Shown here: piece by piece, positions 37,610 through 48,134 of the stretch
Numbering within the stretch: position 1 is the first letter of the stretch
How the letters are laid out: the number at the start of each line of letters is the position of its first letter
Assembly: GCA_049516635.1 (NCBI GenBank)
Contig: JBEKSX010000002.1
Coordinates: 3,768-67,767 of the forward strand
Origin: Ignavibacteria bacterium
Lineage (GTDB): Bacteria; Bacteroidota; Ignavibacteria; Tepidaquicellales; OLB5
Direction of reading: 5' to 3'
Length of the DNA stretch: 64,000 nt
Program-made: the position numbers and the translations under genes
The notes under the pieces: generated by a model
What the model saw: only the letters and a program-made list of their open reading frames with translations
Databases searched by the model: none
What the model was told of the DNA's origin: nothing

Positions 37610-38848
37610 ATGAAAAGCTACGGTTCGGCAAATATAAAAATTGCACTTCTTATTACAGGTCTTATTATTATGATCGCTACCCTGATCTACACACAGGTAC
37701 TGGTATCCGATATACTTAACAGGGAAAGTGAGATAGCCAATCTATATGCAAAATCCATCGAATTTATAGCAAACGATGAAAGCCAATCAGGTGAGTACAA
37801 TTTCGTTTTTAATACATTAATCAATTCGAATACGATTAATTTCCCGATAGCGGTAACCGACGCAAAAACCGGAAAACCCACATTTTTCAAGAATATAGAG
37901 CTGGATACAGCCCTTGATAAATCAAAACAAGATGCATTGTTGGAGAAATTGATCGATAAGATGGATGAAGTGAACAGGCCTATCAAAGTTTCATACCAGG
38001 ATACGATCGTTCTCAGCTATGTTCATTACGGACAGTCAGCCCTTGTAACCAAACTTCAGAACTTGCCGTACATAGAATTTATCGTTGCGGGTATCTTTGT
38101 TTTACTGGGATACTACGGTTTTAATTATATAAAGAGGACCGAGCAAAGCAACATCTGGGTCGGACTATCCAAGGAGACGGCACACCAGCTTGGAACTCCA
38201 CTTTCGAGCCTGATGGGCTGGAACGAACTTATGAAGGTGAACGCAGGTAATTCTGCCAAGGTCCTCGCTCTTTCGAACGAAATGAGCAATGACCTTGACC
38301 GGCTTACCAAGATCGCCAATAGATTCTCCAAGATAGGCTCTAAAGAGGTGTTGAAATACGAAAACCTTTACGAAGTTATCAACAAAGTTGTACAATATTT
38401 CGAAAAAAGAATACCAAGAATGAGTTCGGGAAGTTTCGGTAATTCAGAAACCAAGCGCAAAATATGCCTCCAGATCACAGGTGACGAAACGGTTACAGCA
38501 CTTATTAACAGGGACCTGTTCGAATGGGTACTGGAAAATCTCACAAAGAATGCACTCGATGCGATCGAAAATTCCCAGGGAACAATAACGTATAACATAC
38601 TGGATAAGGGACATTACATTAACCTGGATGTTACCGATACCGGCAAAGGGCTGGACATGAGGCACAGGAATGATATATTCCGCCCCGGGTTCAGCACAAA
38701 GATGAGGGGATGGGGTCTCGGCTTAAGTCTTTCTAAAAGAATAATAGAAACTTATCACAAAGGTAAGTTAAACGTAAAAGAATCACAGCCAGGCAAAGGT
38801 ACTACTTTTAGAATAAGATTGCAAAAGCACAGTGAAATTCAAACATAA
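37610..38848 (+). CDS. sensor histidine kinase
   Basis: The 412-aa ORF has two TM segments flanking an extracytoplasmic domain, the H-box HQLGTPLSSLMGW, an N box (NALDA) and G boxes (DTGKGL, GWGLGL). Confidence 0.85.
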   Translation: MKSYGSANIKIALLITGLIIMIATLIYTQVLVSDILNRESEIANLYAKSIEFIANDESQSGEYNFVFNTLINSNTINFPIAVTDAKTGKPTFFKNIELDTALDKSKQDALLEKLIDKMDEVNRPIKVSYQDTIVLSYVHYGQSALVTKLQNLPYIEFIVAGIFVLLGYYGFNYIKRTEQSNIWVGLSKETAHQLGTPLSSLMGWNELMKVNAGNSAKVLALSNEMSNDLDRLTKIANRFSKIGSKEVLKYENLYEVINKVVQYFEKRIPRMSSGSFGNSETKRKICLQITGDETVTALINRDLFEWVLENLTKNALDAIENSQGTITYNILDKGHYINLDVTDTGKGLDMRHRNDIFRPGFSTKMRGWGLGLSLSKRIIETYHKGKLNVKESQPGKGTTFRIRLQKHSEIQT

Positions 38849-38858
38849 TTAATATAGC

Positions 38859-39365
38859 ATGTTCAAAAGAAAACCATCTAAAGATAATTCAATCGAAAAA
38901 GCTGTAAAGGAATGTGCCCTTTTTCAGGGATTAAGCAATTCTGAATTAAAAACACTACTCAGTATTTCACATATACGGGATTACTCGGTTGACGAAAAAA
39001 TTTTCTCGGAAGGGACAACGGGTTTATGTTTTTATATAATTGTTAAGGGCTCGGCAGATATCATTAGAGAACAGTCACCGCAGGGAAGCACTGCCGTTCT
39101 GAGAACGTATACCGAGGGCTCATTTTTTGCAGAAAGCCACCTCTTTTCAGAGACCACCCATACCGTTTCATGTACAGCCAGGGAAGTAACAAAATTAATT
39201 ATCTTTTCCAAACCGGATTTCGAAGATCTCATCAAAATTAAACCGAAGCTTGGCAACAAGCTTCTCATGAAATTCCTTGCTTACATGAGCGAAGAAATGG
39301 AACAGCTCTACAAGCAAAATATTAAGGTACAGGATAAAAATCCGGTCCGTGAAACGTTAGCATAA
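38859..39365 (+). CDS. cyclic-nucleotide-binding domain protein
   Basis: The 168-aa ORF has the cNMP-binding beta-barrel pattern F.EG......YIIVKG...I and FFAE. No DNA-binding domain is present. Confidence 0.7.
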   Translation: MFKRKPSKDNSIEKAVKECALFQGLSNSELKTLLSISHIRDYSVDEKIFSEGTTGLCFYIIVKGSADIIREQSPQGSTAVLRTYTEGSFFAESHLFSETTHTVSCTAREVTKLIIFSKPDFEDLIKIKPKLGNKLLMKFLAYMSEEMEQLYKQNIKVQDKNPVRETLA

Positions 39366-39377
39366 TTACATTTAAAT

Positions 39378-41681
39378 TTGCTGAAAGAACTAAAACCAAA
39401 ATACCAAAAGTACCTGCAGAGTACTTTTTTTGCCCTCATTACACTTATTTTGGTCAAGACCGTGTTCCAGATAATCGTTGTCAGGAGCGGTTTAAGGTGG
39501 CTTACAGCAGATGACTACTGCAGGACGGTAATTTCATACGAGTGGTTTCAACACCCAAAGATCTATGCCGGGGTCTGGCTTGCGCTTCATTTCTGGATAA
39601 ATGGGTTGTTCATTTCGATATTTAAGGACCTGACCTTTGCACCGGTCCTCGTTAACACGATCTTTTCCATACTTACACTTATATATTTTTATCTCCTTCT
39701 AATAAAAATATTCGACCGCAGCGTTGCTTACCTGAGCTGTCTTATATTTGCCGTATTCCCTTTCCAGGTCTGGTTAAGCACATCGGGGATGCCTGAATCC
39801 ATTTTCTTTTTCTTTATCATTGCTGCGTGTTATTATTTCATACGCTGGTACGAAAGCATCCGAAATAATGCAGAGGTTGAAGGAAAATTAAAATCTCTTG
39901 TATACGTGATAGTATGCCTTAATCTTGCTAATCTCCTGCGTTATGAGGGCTGGCTCTTCAGTCTGACCTTCGTAATACTTGTATTTATGGTATCTTACAG
40001 AAAAGGAAAGTTCTCAAAAAGATTATTCATTAATTGTACTTTATCACTGCTATCACTCCTTACGGCATTATGGTGGCTGTACCAAAATTATGCGGATAAT
40101 AACGATGCGTTCTTCTTCATGAAGGAGACCATAAAAATATTCAAAGGACTTAACAACGCCGGGTTCTGGCAGAGGGTCATCCAGTACCCGTTCTTCATTT
40201 TCTACATAGCTCCGTTTACTACACTTCTTGGTTTGAGAAAGATCTATTTTGTAATGCGTAATAGAAGAAACGGTTTCCAAGGAAATTTTTCTTTTTTACG
40301 GCTCTTCCTCCTGTTTAATCTAGTCGAGCTGCTGCTTCTCATGCTCACGGGTATTTTCGGTTCGGGCGGAACTAATATGATCTCCAGGTATATAGTCGTG
40401 AACTCCATCATGCTTTTTCCTTTTGCTGTCTGGCAGCTTCTGGATTTCAGAAAATACGTTGCCGTGATTTCTTTAAGTGCATTAATACTGGTCAATATAA
40501 TCTGGAGCTTTTATTACCAGCAGGCTTACAGGGAAGATACTTACGAGGTGGCAGACCTCACGAAACGCCTGATACAGCGAAACTACTTTGAGCCGGGAGA
40601 TAAAATATATTTCGAAATGGTCGAAGGATACTATGACATTTACCCGCTCCAGGTCATATCCAATACACCGGACAGGTTCAACTGCGATACTATCCCCGCA
40701 ACTTTTCCAATAAACATTACTTCAAAGAGGGTCTCTCAGAAAAAACGCGCCGAGGAACAGCAGCGTCTAAATATACTGGAACTGAGAAAATTTCTTGAGC
40801 AAAAGAAAATAAAGCTGTTCATAGCCCGCAGCGACCTGCTCATAGATAAATTGAAAAAGCTCAGCTACAAAAGCGAACAGATCGGTGATTACCATATCTT
40901 TTATCTTTCGGATAAAAAAATAAAATATAAGGAGAACAGCAATCACGATGCTATTGAAGAAAAGATCCCGCAGAATGCAATAACGTTCGATAAAAAATTG
41001 TTGCTGAAAGATTTCAGGATAGACAACAGCAACTTCGGTTTGAACCCGCAAACCATTACCATAAGATGGGGAATTGCCAATATGTCAATGCTTGACAGCC
41101 TTGCTTCGGATGAAGATGATTTCGGCAGGTACAAGATAAGGATTGAACTGGTCTCTCCCGAGAGTGATTCATCTTCGTATGAAACTTCAACAAGGTTATT
41201 TTCCGAGAGGAATGTAGAAGAATATTTCGAAACCGAAGAGATCAAGAACATATTGATACTTAAACCCTTCGCTTTACTGAATTATTCAAAAAAATTCAAG
41301 CTGTCACCGTTCGAAAGCGGGATGTATGATGTCAGGCTATCAGTACTCGATGAAGATGAAAATTCGAGGGAATTGCAGATATACAAAGGTGACAGTCTTT
41401 ATACATATATACCCGATACGACAACCGAAAGCAGCGATACACTGCATACCGATATTAAATTCAGCCAGACGAAATGGAAAAAATTTCAGGAAAGGTACAG
41501 AAATAAGCCGTTTTATCCTCTCGGCAGGGTAATAGCGATGTTCCCCAATGCGAACTATAACGAGATATTAAAAAAGTCAAAAGAACTTTCCCAGATAATA
41601 ATCAGGAACGGTATAATGCTTCCATTCCTGCAGAGATACCAGGGAGACCAATTCCTCAACATTGTGTTCAACTACTTCTGA
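39378..41681 (+). CDS. GT-C-fold membrane protein with large C-terminal soluble domain
   Basis: The 767-aa ORF has about 11 TM helices in its first ~390 aa, with an acidic loop motif (TADDY), followed by a ~370-aa hydrophilic domain. It starts at TTG. Confidence 0.5.
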   Translation: MLKELKPKYQKYLQSTFFALITLILVKTVFQIIVVRSGLRWLTADDYCRTVISYEWFQHPKIYAGVWLALHFWINGLFISIFKDLTFAPVLVNTIFSILTLIYFYLLLIKIFDRSVAYLSCLIFAVFPFQVWLSTSGMPESIFFFFIIAACYYFIRWYESIRNNAEVEGKLKSLVYVIVCLNLANLLRYEGWLFSLTFVILVFMVSYRKGKFSKRLFINCTLSLLSLLTALWWLYQNYADNNDAFFFMKETIKIFKGLNNAGFWQRVIQYPFFIFYIAPFTTLLGLRKIYFVMRNRRNGFQGNFSFLRLFLLFNLVELLLLMLTGIFGSGGTNMISRYIVVNSIMLFPFAVWQLLDFRKYVAVISLSALILVNIIWSFYYQQAYREDTYEVADLTKRLIQRNYFEPGDKIYFEMVEGYYDIYPLQVISNTPDRFNCDTIPATFPINITSKRVSQKKRAEEQQRLNILELRKFLEQKKIKLFIARSDLLIDKLKKLSYKSEQIGDYHIFYLSDKKIKYKENSNHDAIEEKIPQNAITFDKKLLLKDFRIDNSNFGLNPQTITIRWGIANMSMLDSLASDEDDFGRYKIRIELVSPESDSSSYETSTRLFSERNVEEYFETEEIKNILILKPFALLNYSKKFKLSPFESGMYDVRLSVLDEDENSRELQIYKGDSLYTYIPDTTTESSDTLHTDIKFSQTKWKKFQERYRNKPFYPLGRVIAMFPNANYNEILKKSKELSQIIIRNGIMLPFLQRYQGDQFLNIVFNYF

Positions 41682-42571
41682 GCTAAAGCACTATAGCTCA
41701 CCGCATCGAAACTTATCTCTCCTTCACTTATTTTCTTCGCACTGCCTTCGAGCGTGATATTTTCTATCACTCCATTGTTGTTCAGAAAATTGACTATAAG
41801 CCATTCACCGCTTTGGGAAAGTACCCTGACGGGAGCGGCTGTATCGTATAATAAATTTGATATCACAGCAGAAGAAATAATCCCTGTTCCGCAGGCAAGG
41901 GTTTCCCGCTCTACGCCCCGTTCATACGTCCTAACCCGGATCTCATTACCGGAGAGGACCTGCACGAAATTTACATTTGCACCGGCCGGCTGAAGGTCTT
42001 TATGGTACCTCAAAGCTCTCCCCCATTCGTTAATCTTTACCCCTTCCAGATCTTTAATGGCAAAAGCTTTTTCATTCTGTGATATAAATATTACGAGATG
42101 TTCGGAACCTACGTGGATCCAGCTTGCATTCACGCTAATGATACTTTTACCGTTATCCATATCTATTTTCAATCCTATCTTGACACTCACAGGCGGAGGA
42201 AATGAAATTCTCACCGTATTATTTCCGAGAATTTCAGCTTTATAAATTTTTTCCACCGCTTCAAGATTGAATATTTTTTCCCGCATGATTCCATTATTGA
42301 AAGCGTACAAGCTAATACATCTTGCACCGTTCCCGCACATAGCTCCATAACTGCCGTCACGGTTGTAATAGTTCATACGGATAGAAGCTGCCTTGTTTAA
42401 AGGTCTCTCAAGAAAGATCACCCCGTCCAGCTCTTTGAAAAATCTGCTGCAAATATCAGTGGTGAAATCTTTTTGCTTTTCGAACGGAATGATATTATCC
42501 AGGTTGTTTATAATCACGAAGTCATTGCCGGCTCCGGAAAAGATCTCATAATTTAATTTATCCGTATTCAT
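41672..42571 (-). CDS. dapF: diaminopimelate epimerase
   Basis: The 299-aa ORF has GAGNDFVII, the first catalytic Cys in MCGNGARC and the second in LACGTG. Confidence 0.9.
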   Translation of the reverse strand: MNTDKLNYEIFSGAGNDFVIINNLDNIIPFEKQKDFTTDICSRFFKELDGVIFLERPLNKAASIRMNYYNRDGSYGAMCGNGARCISLYAFNNGIMREKIFNLEAVEKIYKAEILGNNTVRISFPPPVSVKIGLKIDMDNGKSIISVNASWIHVGSEHLVIFISQNEKAFAIKDLEGVKINEWGRALRYHKDLQPAGANVNFVQVLSGNEIRVRTYERGVERETLACGTGIISSAVISNLLYDTAAPVRVLSQSGEWLIVNFLNNNGVIENITLEGSAKKISEGEISFDAVSYSALAQK

Positions 42572-42584
42572 AAACGGGTTACGC

Positions 42585-45095
42585 TTAAAATACTCCCCTG
42601 TAATTTGTTTCTTTAGTCACTTTTAAATCCTGAAGCTGAGGAGCCTTCACTCTCAGTTCAACACGAAATCCCCTGTACGCACCCAACGGTATCCAGTTGA
42701 AGTTCATTTCCCAGCAATGGAGATCGCGGTAGATAGTGATGTAAGGTGCCTCTATCTGCTTCTGAAAAATATCATAACTTGCCGTAATAGTCAATTTCCA
42801 GTTTTGTGTGAGGGAGAAGCTCAGGGACCCCATGATGTTCGATGATTTTAAAAAAGTAGACGGGGAAGGTTTGCTCAGTGTATAATTATAGTTGAAGCTG
42901 ACCGACCACGGTATCCTGAAATTCGGCGGTTTATCAGAATAAATTCCAATATACTCCTCGGATTTTGCCACCTTGCCTGTATCCGCCTTCCCGGTGGACA
43001 GCTCTTCGCTTTGAAATGAGGTTGTGACATTTATATTGAATCCGGTGAGATTCGCAATTATTCTATCCGTGTTCCAGAGAAATTTATTTATCCTTCCTAC
43101 ACTATCAATGTATTTGTAAAAATTAAAGCTCGCCGCTCCTCCAATACTGAGTATGGAGCCAATCTGCGTTCTGTAGCTTAATCCGAGTTCGGATAATCTC
43201 AGACTGTCCGCAGCGAAGTTATAGCTGATGCCGGCATTAAGATTCAATACCTGGAACTTGTTCTCAGTAGTGTCATTCGGTTTTGTTTTTATCTCAAAGA
43301 TATTGCCGAGTGAAAACCCGAGGCTCTGCGCTTCTCCAACGGGAGTGGTACCGAATACTTCCTTTTCAAAATATGAGTATGGTATCACCCTGCCGTTCAC
43401 ATCTGTATATGAAGTCCACGCCTTCCAGAAAGGTTTAGAGAAATCGGGCATATAATTATATGAGAGTGATGGGGTTAATGTATGCCTGAAACCCTTTATG
43501 CCGAGAATATTCGTGTTGAATATACCGATTATCCTGGAATCCAGCGAAACGCCAGTGGAAAAATACCTGAATGCTTTAAACCCCGGCACATCAACGGTTG
43601 TAACCTGACTGTCAAGCGAGTTATAATTCTTTATAATGGATTTGTTGTACCAGATCTCATTATAACTAACAAAAGGTGACACACTGAACTGGCTTAATTT
43701 TATAGGCGCACCGAGACCCAATGTCTGTTTCAAACCTCCCCTGTAATCTTTCACAAGGGTCTGGGTACCCGAAATATCTGTCTGCAACGATTTATTCCGC
43801 TGGTAAAGAAATTGAGCACTGTAATCATACGATAACACTTCATACCATTTCAGATCCAACAGCGATGTATTCTTCGAGCGGAATGGAAAAGACTGGGTTC
43901 TCGTAAATACAGCAGAAGGGATCCTCTCGCTTGTTTCACCGGTCTCAAGGTTTTGATCACGGTAATAGTTTAATGAGAGGGAATTGGGTGTACCTTCCCA
44001 GTACTTAGAGAGAGTAAAATTAGATATAGCATGCTGGAGAAGCAGGTCGTTCATGTTATTCGATGAGTTGTTGTAATAATTTTTACTGCTCATAAAATTC
44101 AAGTCAGCAGAGATGGAGGTGGTCGGATCTATTGTTTGGTTGTGCGTTAGAGCTATTCGCCAGTCATCTGAAAAGATCCTATCGAGATCGGTCGGCTCAC
44201 CTATCCGCGTTCGATTGCCCCCAACTTCCAGCGAACCCGCGAACTTATATCTTAACGCATACCTGTAACGCCCATCAAGGTCTATTCTGCCTTTAGTATA
44301 GTAATTGCCCTGAACGGCAAGGTCCATATAATCATTGACAGCCCAGAAATACCCGAGATGCGAAAGATACCTTCCGTAGGTTGCATCCTCACCGTAAGCG
44401 GGCGTAATAATTCCGCTCGAACGCCCGGTATGATTGGGAAAGATTCCAAACGGAATAGCAAATACGGGTACGTCATCCACAAAGAGATATACGGGCTCAG
44501 CAATCACTTTATCACCCTGGATTATCTTCATTTTCGGGCTGGCAAAATAAAAATCAGGGTCGGCTTTATCACAGGTGGTATATCTTCCGTTCTTTATGAA
44601 AAAGACATCATTGGATACTTTCTTTATCTTCTCGCCGAGATAGTAACCACCTTCCATCTCGGTTGTTCCCATTGTAATATTGCCCTTGCGGGTTTTAAAA
44701 TTATAAGTGACCTTTTCCCCCTCATATTTTTTTGTACCCTCAAAAAATACCGGTGTACCCATAAATTTCCCTGCTTTCACGGTGTCAGGGACACCATACG
44801 ACTCAAGCGTGGAATTATCTTTATGCAGGATGACCACTGCCGCCTTCAGCTCAAATTCCTTGTACTTTAGATCACCGTTATTATACAACATAAGCTGTTG
44901 TTTCGAGAGATCAAATACGGCGGAATCTTTTGCAGAATACTCGATGACAGCATCGATATTACCGGTTGCTTTTGAGGTATCTGTTTTCTTAACCGTATCG
45001 ATAGGCACAAGGTACAGCGAGTCTGTTTTTTGCTGAGAATAAGAAAGGGAAGTTAATATTAATAATAATGTATATGTAAGGAATATCCTTTTCAC
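42585..45095 (-). CDS. LptD/OstA-like outer-membrane protein
   Basis: The 836-aa ORF has a signal peptide, an N-terminal OstA-like beta-jellyroll region and a long beta-strand-rich C-terminus ending in aromatic ...YRGVF. Confidence 0.5.
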   Translation of the reverse strand: MKRIFLTYTLLLILTSLSYSQQKTDSLYLVPIDTVKKTDTSKATGNIDAVIEYSAKDSAVFDLSKQQLMLYNNGDLKYKEFELKAAVVILHKDNSTLESYGVPDTVKAGKFMGTPVFFEGTKKYEGEKVTYNFKTRKGNITMGTTEMEGGYYLGEKIKKVSNDVFFIKNGRYTTCDKADPDFYFASPKMKIIQGDKVIAEPVYLFVDDVPVFAIPFGIFPNHTGRSSGIITPAYGEDATYGRYLSHLGYFWAVNDYMDLAVQGNYYTKGRIDLDGRYRYALRYKFAGSLEVGGNRTRIGEPTDLDRIFSDDWRIALTHNQTIDPTTSISADLNFMSSKNYYNNSSNNMNDLLLQHAISNFTLSKYWEGTPNSLSLNYYRDQNLETGETSERIPSAVFTRTQSFPFRSKNTSLLDLKWYEVLSYDYSAQFLYQRNKSLQTDISGTQTLVKDYRGGLKQTLGLGAPIKLSQFSVSPFVSYNEIWYNKSIIKNYNSLDSQVTTVDVPGFKAFRYFSTGVSLDSRIIGIFNTNILGIKGFRHTLTPSLSYNYMPDFSKPFWKAWTSYTDVNGRVIPYSYFEKEVFGTTPVGEAQSLGFSLGNIFEIKTKPNDTTENKFQVLNLNAGISYNFAADSLRLSELGLSYRTQIGSILSIGGAASFNFYKYIDSVGRINKFLWNTDRIIANLTGFNINVTTSFQSEELSTGKADTGKVAKSEEYIGIYSDKPPNFRIPWSVSFNYNYTLSKPSPSTFLKSSNIMGSLSFSLTQNWKLTITASYDIFQKQIEAPYITIYRDLHCWEMNFNWIPLGAYRGFRVELRVKAPQLQDLKVTKETNYRGVF

Positions 45096-45589
45096 TTACC
45101 AGAACTGATTATTTTTGATGCCATCTGCGCAATCTTTTCAAGATAAAGCTTATCTTTCTCATCGAAGCTTGAATAATCATCACTGTCCACATCGAGAACG
45201 GCAGCAACCTCATCCCCAGTGAATATCGGAACAACTATCTCGCTTTTGGATTCGCTGCTGCATGCAATATGTCCGGGGAATTTGTTCACGTCATCTACGA
45301 TAATCGTTTTCTTTTGCTTCACTGCTGTTCCGCAAACACCTTTGGGTATCTGAATCCTTGTACATGCCACGGGTCCCTGAAACGGACCAAGTATAAGCTC
45401 ATCGCCTTTCCTAATGTAGAATCCCACCCAGAAGAATCTGTCCATATTATATTTCAGTGCAGAGCAAATATTGCCGAGATTTGCTGTAAGGTTATCCTCT
45501 CCCTCAACCAGTGATTCTATCTGCGGGAGCAGAGCTTTATACTTTTCTTCCTTTGGTAGAGATGGGTCTATGGTAATTGATTCTGACAA
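45092..45589 (-). CDS. GAF-domain free methionine-(R)-sulfoxide reductase-like protein
   Basis: The 165-aa ORF has WVGFY...LILGPFQGPVACTRI..GKGVCG and FPGHIACSSESKSEIVVPI, typical of the fRMsr/YebR family. Confidence 0.8.
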   Translation of the reverse strand: MSESITIDPSLPKEEKYKALLPQIESLVEGEDNLTANLGNICSALKYNMDRFFWVGFYIRKGDELILGPFQGPVACTRIQIPKGVCGTAVKQKKTIIVDDVNKFPGHIACSSESKSEIVVPIFTGDEVAAVLDVDSDDYSSFDEKDKLYLEKIAQMASKIISSGK

Positions 45590-45621
45590 AGTGAAAATTA
45601 TTTAGCTATCATAATCATTCT

Positions 45622-46182
45622 TTACAGCCCCAGCTTATCCGCTATTCCCTGCATTGCTTTCAGGACAAATTCAACATGCTCGGCAAGCGGGATACCGAGA
45701 ATTTCCGCTCCCTTAATCATATCCTCGCGGTTCACCTGCCGGGCAAACTCTTTCTTCTTAAATTTCTTCACTACCGACTCCGGCTTAACGTCAGCCAGTT
45801 TTTTTGACGGCTGGACAAGAGCACATGCGATAATGAATCCCGACAGCTCATCACATGCGAACAGAACCTTCTCCATGATTGTATCGCGTGTGACTCCCGT
45901 GTAATCCGCATGAGATAATACAGCTTTTATTATCTCTTCGGAATATCCTTTTCCCTTTAAAATTTCTACTCCCTTTACAGGATGTTCTTCTGCATTGGGA
46001 TGGATCTCCCAGTCAAAATCGTGGAGTATTCCGACTGCTGACCATTCGTCCTCGTCACCGCCGTATTTTTTAGAATACTGTCTCATCGCTTCGGACACTG
46101 CGTACATGTGATTACGCAGGCTCGGACTCTTCACATATTCGTGCATGAGTTCGATTGCGGAATTATATAGATTGTCTGACAT
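45622..46182 (-). CDS. HD-domain phosphohydrolase
   Basis: The 186-aa ORF has H...A and the HD dyad in GILHDFDWE, with further His residues (HP, SHAD). Confidence 0.7.
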   Translation of the reverse strand: MSDNLYNSAIELMHEYVKSPSLRNHMYAVSEAMRQYSKKYGGDEDEWSAVGILHDFDWEIHPNAEEHPVKGVEILKGKGYSEEIIKAVLSHADYTGVTRDTIMEKVLFACDELSGFIIACALVQPSKKLADVKPESVVKKFKKKEFARQVNREDMIKGAEILGIPLAEHVEFVLKAMQGIADKLGL

Positions 46183-46248
46183 AGTTTTTAGAGACCTCCC
46201 CTTATTCCCCTCCTTACTAAGGAGGGGATAAATTAATAATATTATTCT

Positions 46249-46857
46249 CTACAATTCTTTTTTATTAATTACTTTCAAGTCTTTATCGAATTCATATAGT
46301 ATAGGCACACCGGTAGGGATCTCAAGCTTCACTACTTCTTCTTTAGATAAATTATCGAGGTGCATTAACAGGGCTCTCAAGCTGTTACCGTGAGCGAATA
46401 TAAGAACATTTTTTCCGTCTTTCAGGTAAGGTTCTATTTTTTCATGGTAGTATGGCATAACCCGATCGGAAGTATCCTTCAGGCTTTCGCCGTTCGGAGG
46501 GGCAACATCGTAGCTTCTACGCCAAAGCCGGACCTGTTCATCACCGAACTTTTTTCTCATCTCGTCTTTGTTCAAGCCCTGCAAGTCGCCGTACATCCTC
46601 TCGTTTAGAGCCTTATCTTTAAATACCGGAAGTGTTTTTAATTGTGTGGCAATTTCAGCGGCTATTTCATAAGTCTTGATCGCACGCTGGAGAACCGATG
46701 TAAATATCACATCGAATTCCATTCCTTTCAGCTTTTCGCCCGCTTTTTTGGCTTCTTCCTCTCCCCCTTTTGATAACGGTATATCAATCCATCCGGTGAA
46801 CTTGTTCTCGAGGTTCCACTGGGACTCCCCATGCCTGATAAGTACTAATTGAGACAT
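46249..46857 (-). CDS. gpmA: 2,3-bisphosphoglycerate-dependent phosphoglycerate mutase
   Basis: The 202-aa ORF has LVLIRHGESQWNLENKFTGW (the RHGE motif) and a second catalytic His in FAHGNSLRAL. Confidence 0.85.
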   Translation of the reverse strand: MSQLVLIRHGESQWNLENKFTGWIDIPLSKGGEEEAKKAGEKLKGMEFDVIFTSVLQRAIKTYEIAAEIATQLKTLPVFKDKALNERMYGDLQGLNKDEMRKKFGDEQVRLWRRSYDVAPPNGESLKDTSDRVMPYYHEKIEPYLKDGKNVLIFAHGNSLRALLMHLDNLSKEEVVKLEIPTGVPILYEFDKDLKVINKKEL

Positions 46858-46931
46858 AATTTACTATTTAATTATAATTTTATCATTATAGGTACAAAAT
46901 TACTTTTTTTCTACGAACAAATAAACGTATT

Positions 46932-46960
46932 AAAAAAAAGCCCCCTGATTTACAGGGGGC
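46932..46960 (-). terminator. intrinsic terminator downstream of 47020-48009
   Basis: The minus-strand hairpin gccccctg-taaat-cagggggc is followed by 8 T. Confidence 0.7.
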
Positions 46961-47019
46961 CAGGGTTAAGGAGTACAGTATTAACAGGTCTGTGACCTGT
47001 TGTATCAGGACACTCTTCG

Positions 47020-48009
47020 TCAGCGGGTTACCCAGTATAAAAAACCAACCTCACTGGAAGCAAATAAATTAGGATCATCATCATAGAGTGATTCATGGGT
47101 TGAAGCACTTATGAAACCGCTATGCACGCCAAGTTTATGGTTTGGAAATATTGTAAAGGTTCTTTCAAAAGTGTTTATGTATCCCTGTCCTCCGGGAACA
47201 GAACTGGTCAATGTGAAAGGTACTCTGTGGAACCCCAATGCATTTCTTACCCAATGCCAGGCAACGTAATTATTTTGTTCCGTAGAATTCACCGTTACCA
47301 CGATCCTAACAGAATGATCTCTATCAATCCTGGGAATTCCGGGTCCGCCGAATTTCTGTGTAATGAAAGCATTCTGGGTAAAATCAGGTCCGGTAAAGGT
47401 ATATGATGGTGTGGAGTTGTTGTCAACATAGACCTGTATCTGTGTCATCTGTGTTATCGAGCCGTTCTGAGGCTGGGTTGTTCCTCCGCTTAAAAGCGAT
47501 ATAGAATATAATCTCCAGTTAAATCTCGGGTCACGGTTTGTGCCTACCCGTTTAAATTGAACGGTCCTGTATAATGCTTCCGTATAGGGTTTTGTCACTG
47601 TGATAAACTGTCCGTTGTGCTGGTAGACGATTATATAATTCCCGTTAATGGTCCTGGTAATATTTACAGTTTTAATATCTCCGGAGTTGGTAATATTCAA
47701 GTTCAAATCCGAGCTAACTACCTGTCTTCCCCATCTCACAAGCGAATCTATGGGACTCATGGGGCCGCTGCCGCTGTCAGGGACCGCGCCGCCGTCATTA
47801 TAAGCTGCTGTATCGACTGACATTGCGTTGTCGGGATCATTTGGGTCGCTGCTATAACCGGATTGTATGACCTGTGTTATAAACTGATCATCGGTCTGAA
47901 CAGGACTCGTGGTATTATTACTGCACCCGGAAAAGTATGCCAGGATCGTAACTACAAATAAAAAACTGAAAAATTTTAGGGTGTTTTGTGTGTTTACAGA
48001 GGAATTCAT
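47020..48009 (-). CDS. hypothetical lipoprotein
   Basis: The 329-aa ORF has a signal peptide with lipobox FSGC and a beta-rich body. I recognised no family. Confidence 0.45.
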   Translation of the reverse strand: MNSSVNTQNTLKFFSFLFVVTILAYFSGCSNNTTSPVQTDDQFITQVIQSGYSSDPNDPDNAMSVDTAAYNDGGAVPDSGSGPMSPIDSLVRWGRQVVSSDLNLNITNSGDIKTVNITRTINGNYIIVYQHNGQFITVTKPYTEALYRTVQFKRVGTNRDPRFNWRLYSISLLSGGTTQPQNGSITQMTQIQVYVDNNSTPSYTFTGPDFTQNAFITQKFGGPGIPRIDRDHSVRIVVTVNSTEQNNYVAWHWVRNALGFHRVPFTLTSSVPGGQGYINTFERTFTIFPNHKLGVHSGFISASTHESLYDDDPNLFASSEVGFLYWVTR

Positions 48010-48134
48010 TTATTTTACTCCCTTTTTATATATTTTTTATTATTTATTACCCTACTGTTACTAAGACAATACAAAATGTAAAATGGTTTAATTAGTGAAA
48101 GGCTCTATAAATGCTTAATATTACTAAATTTAAA

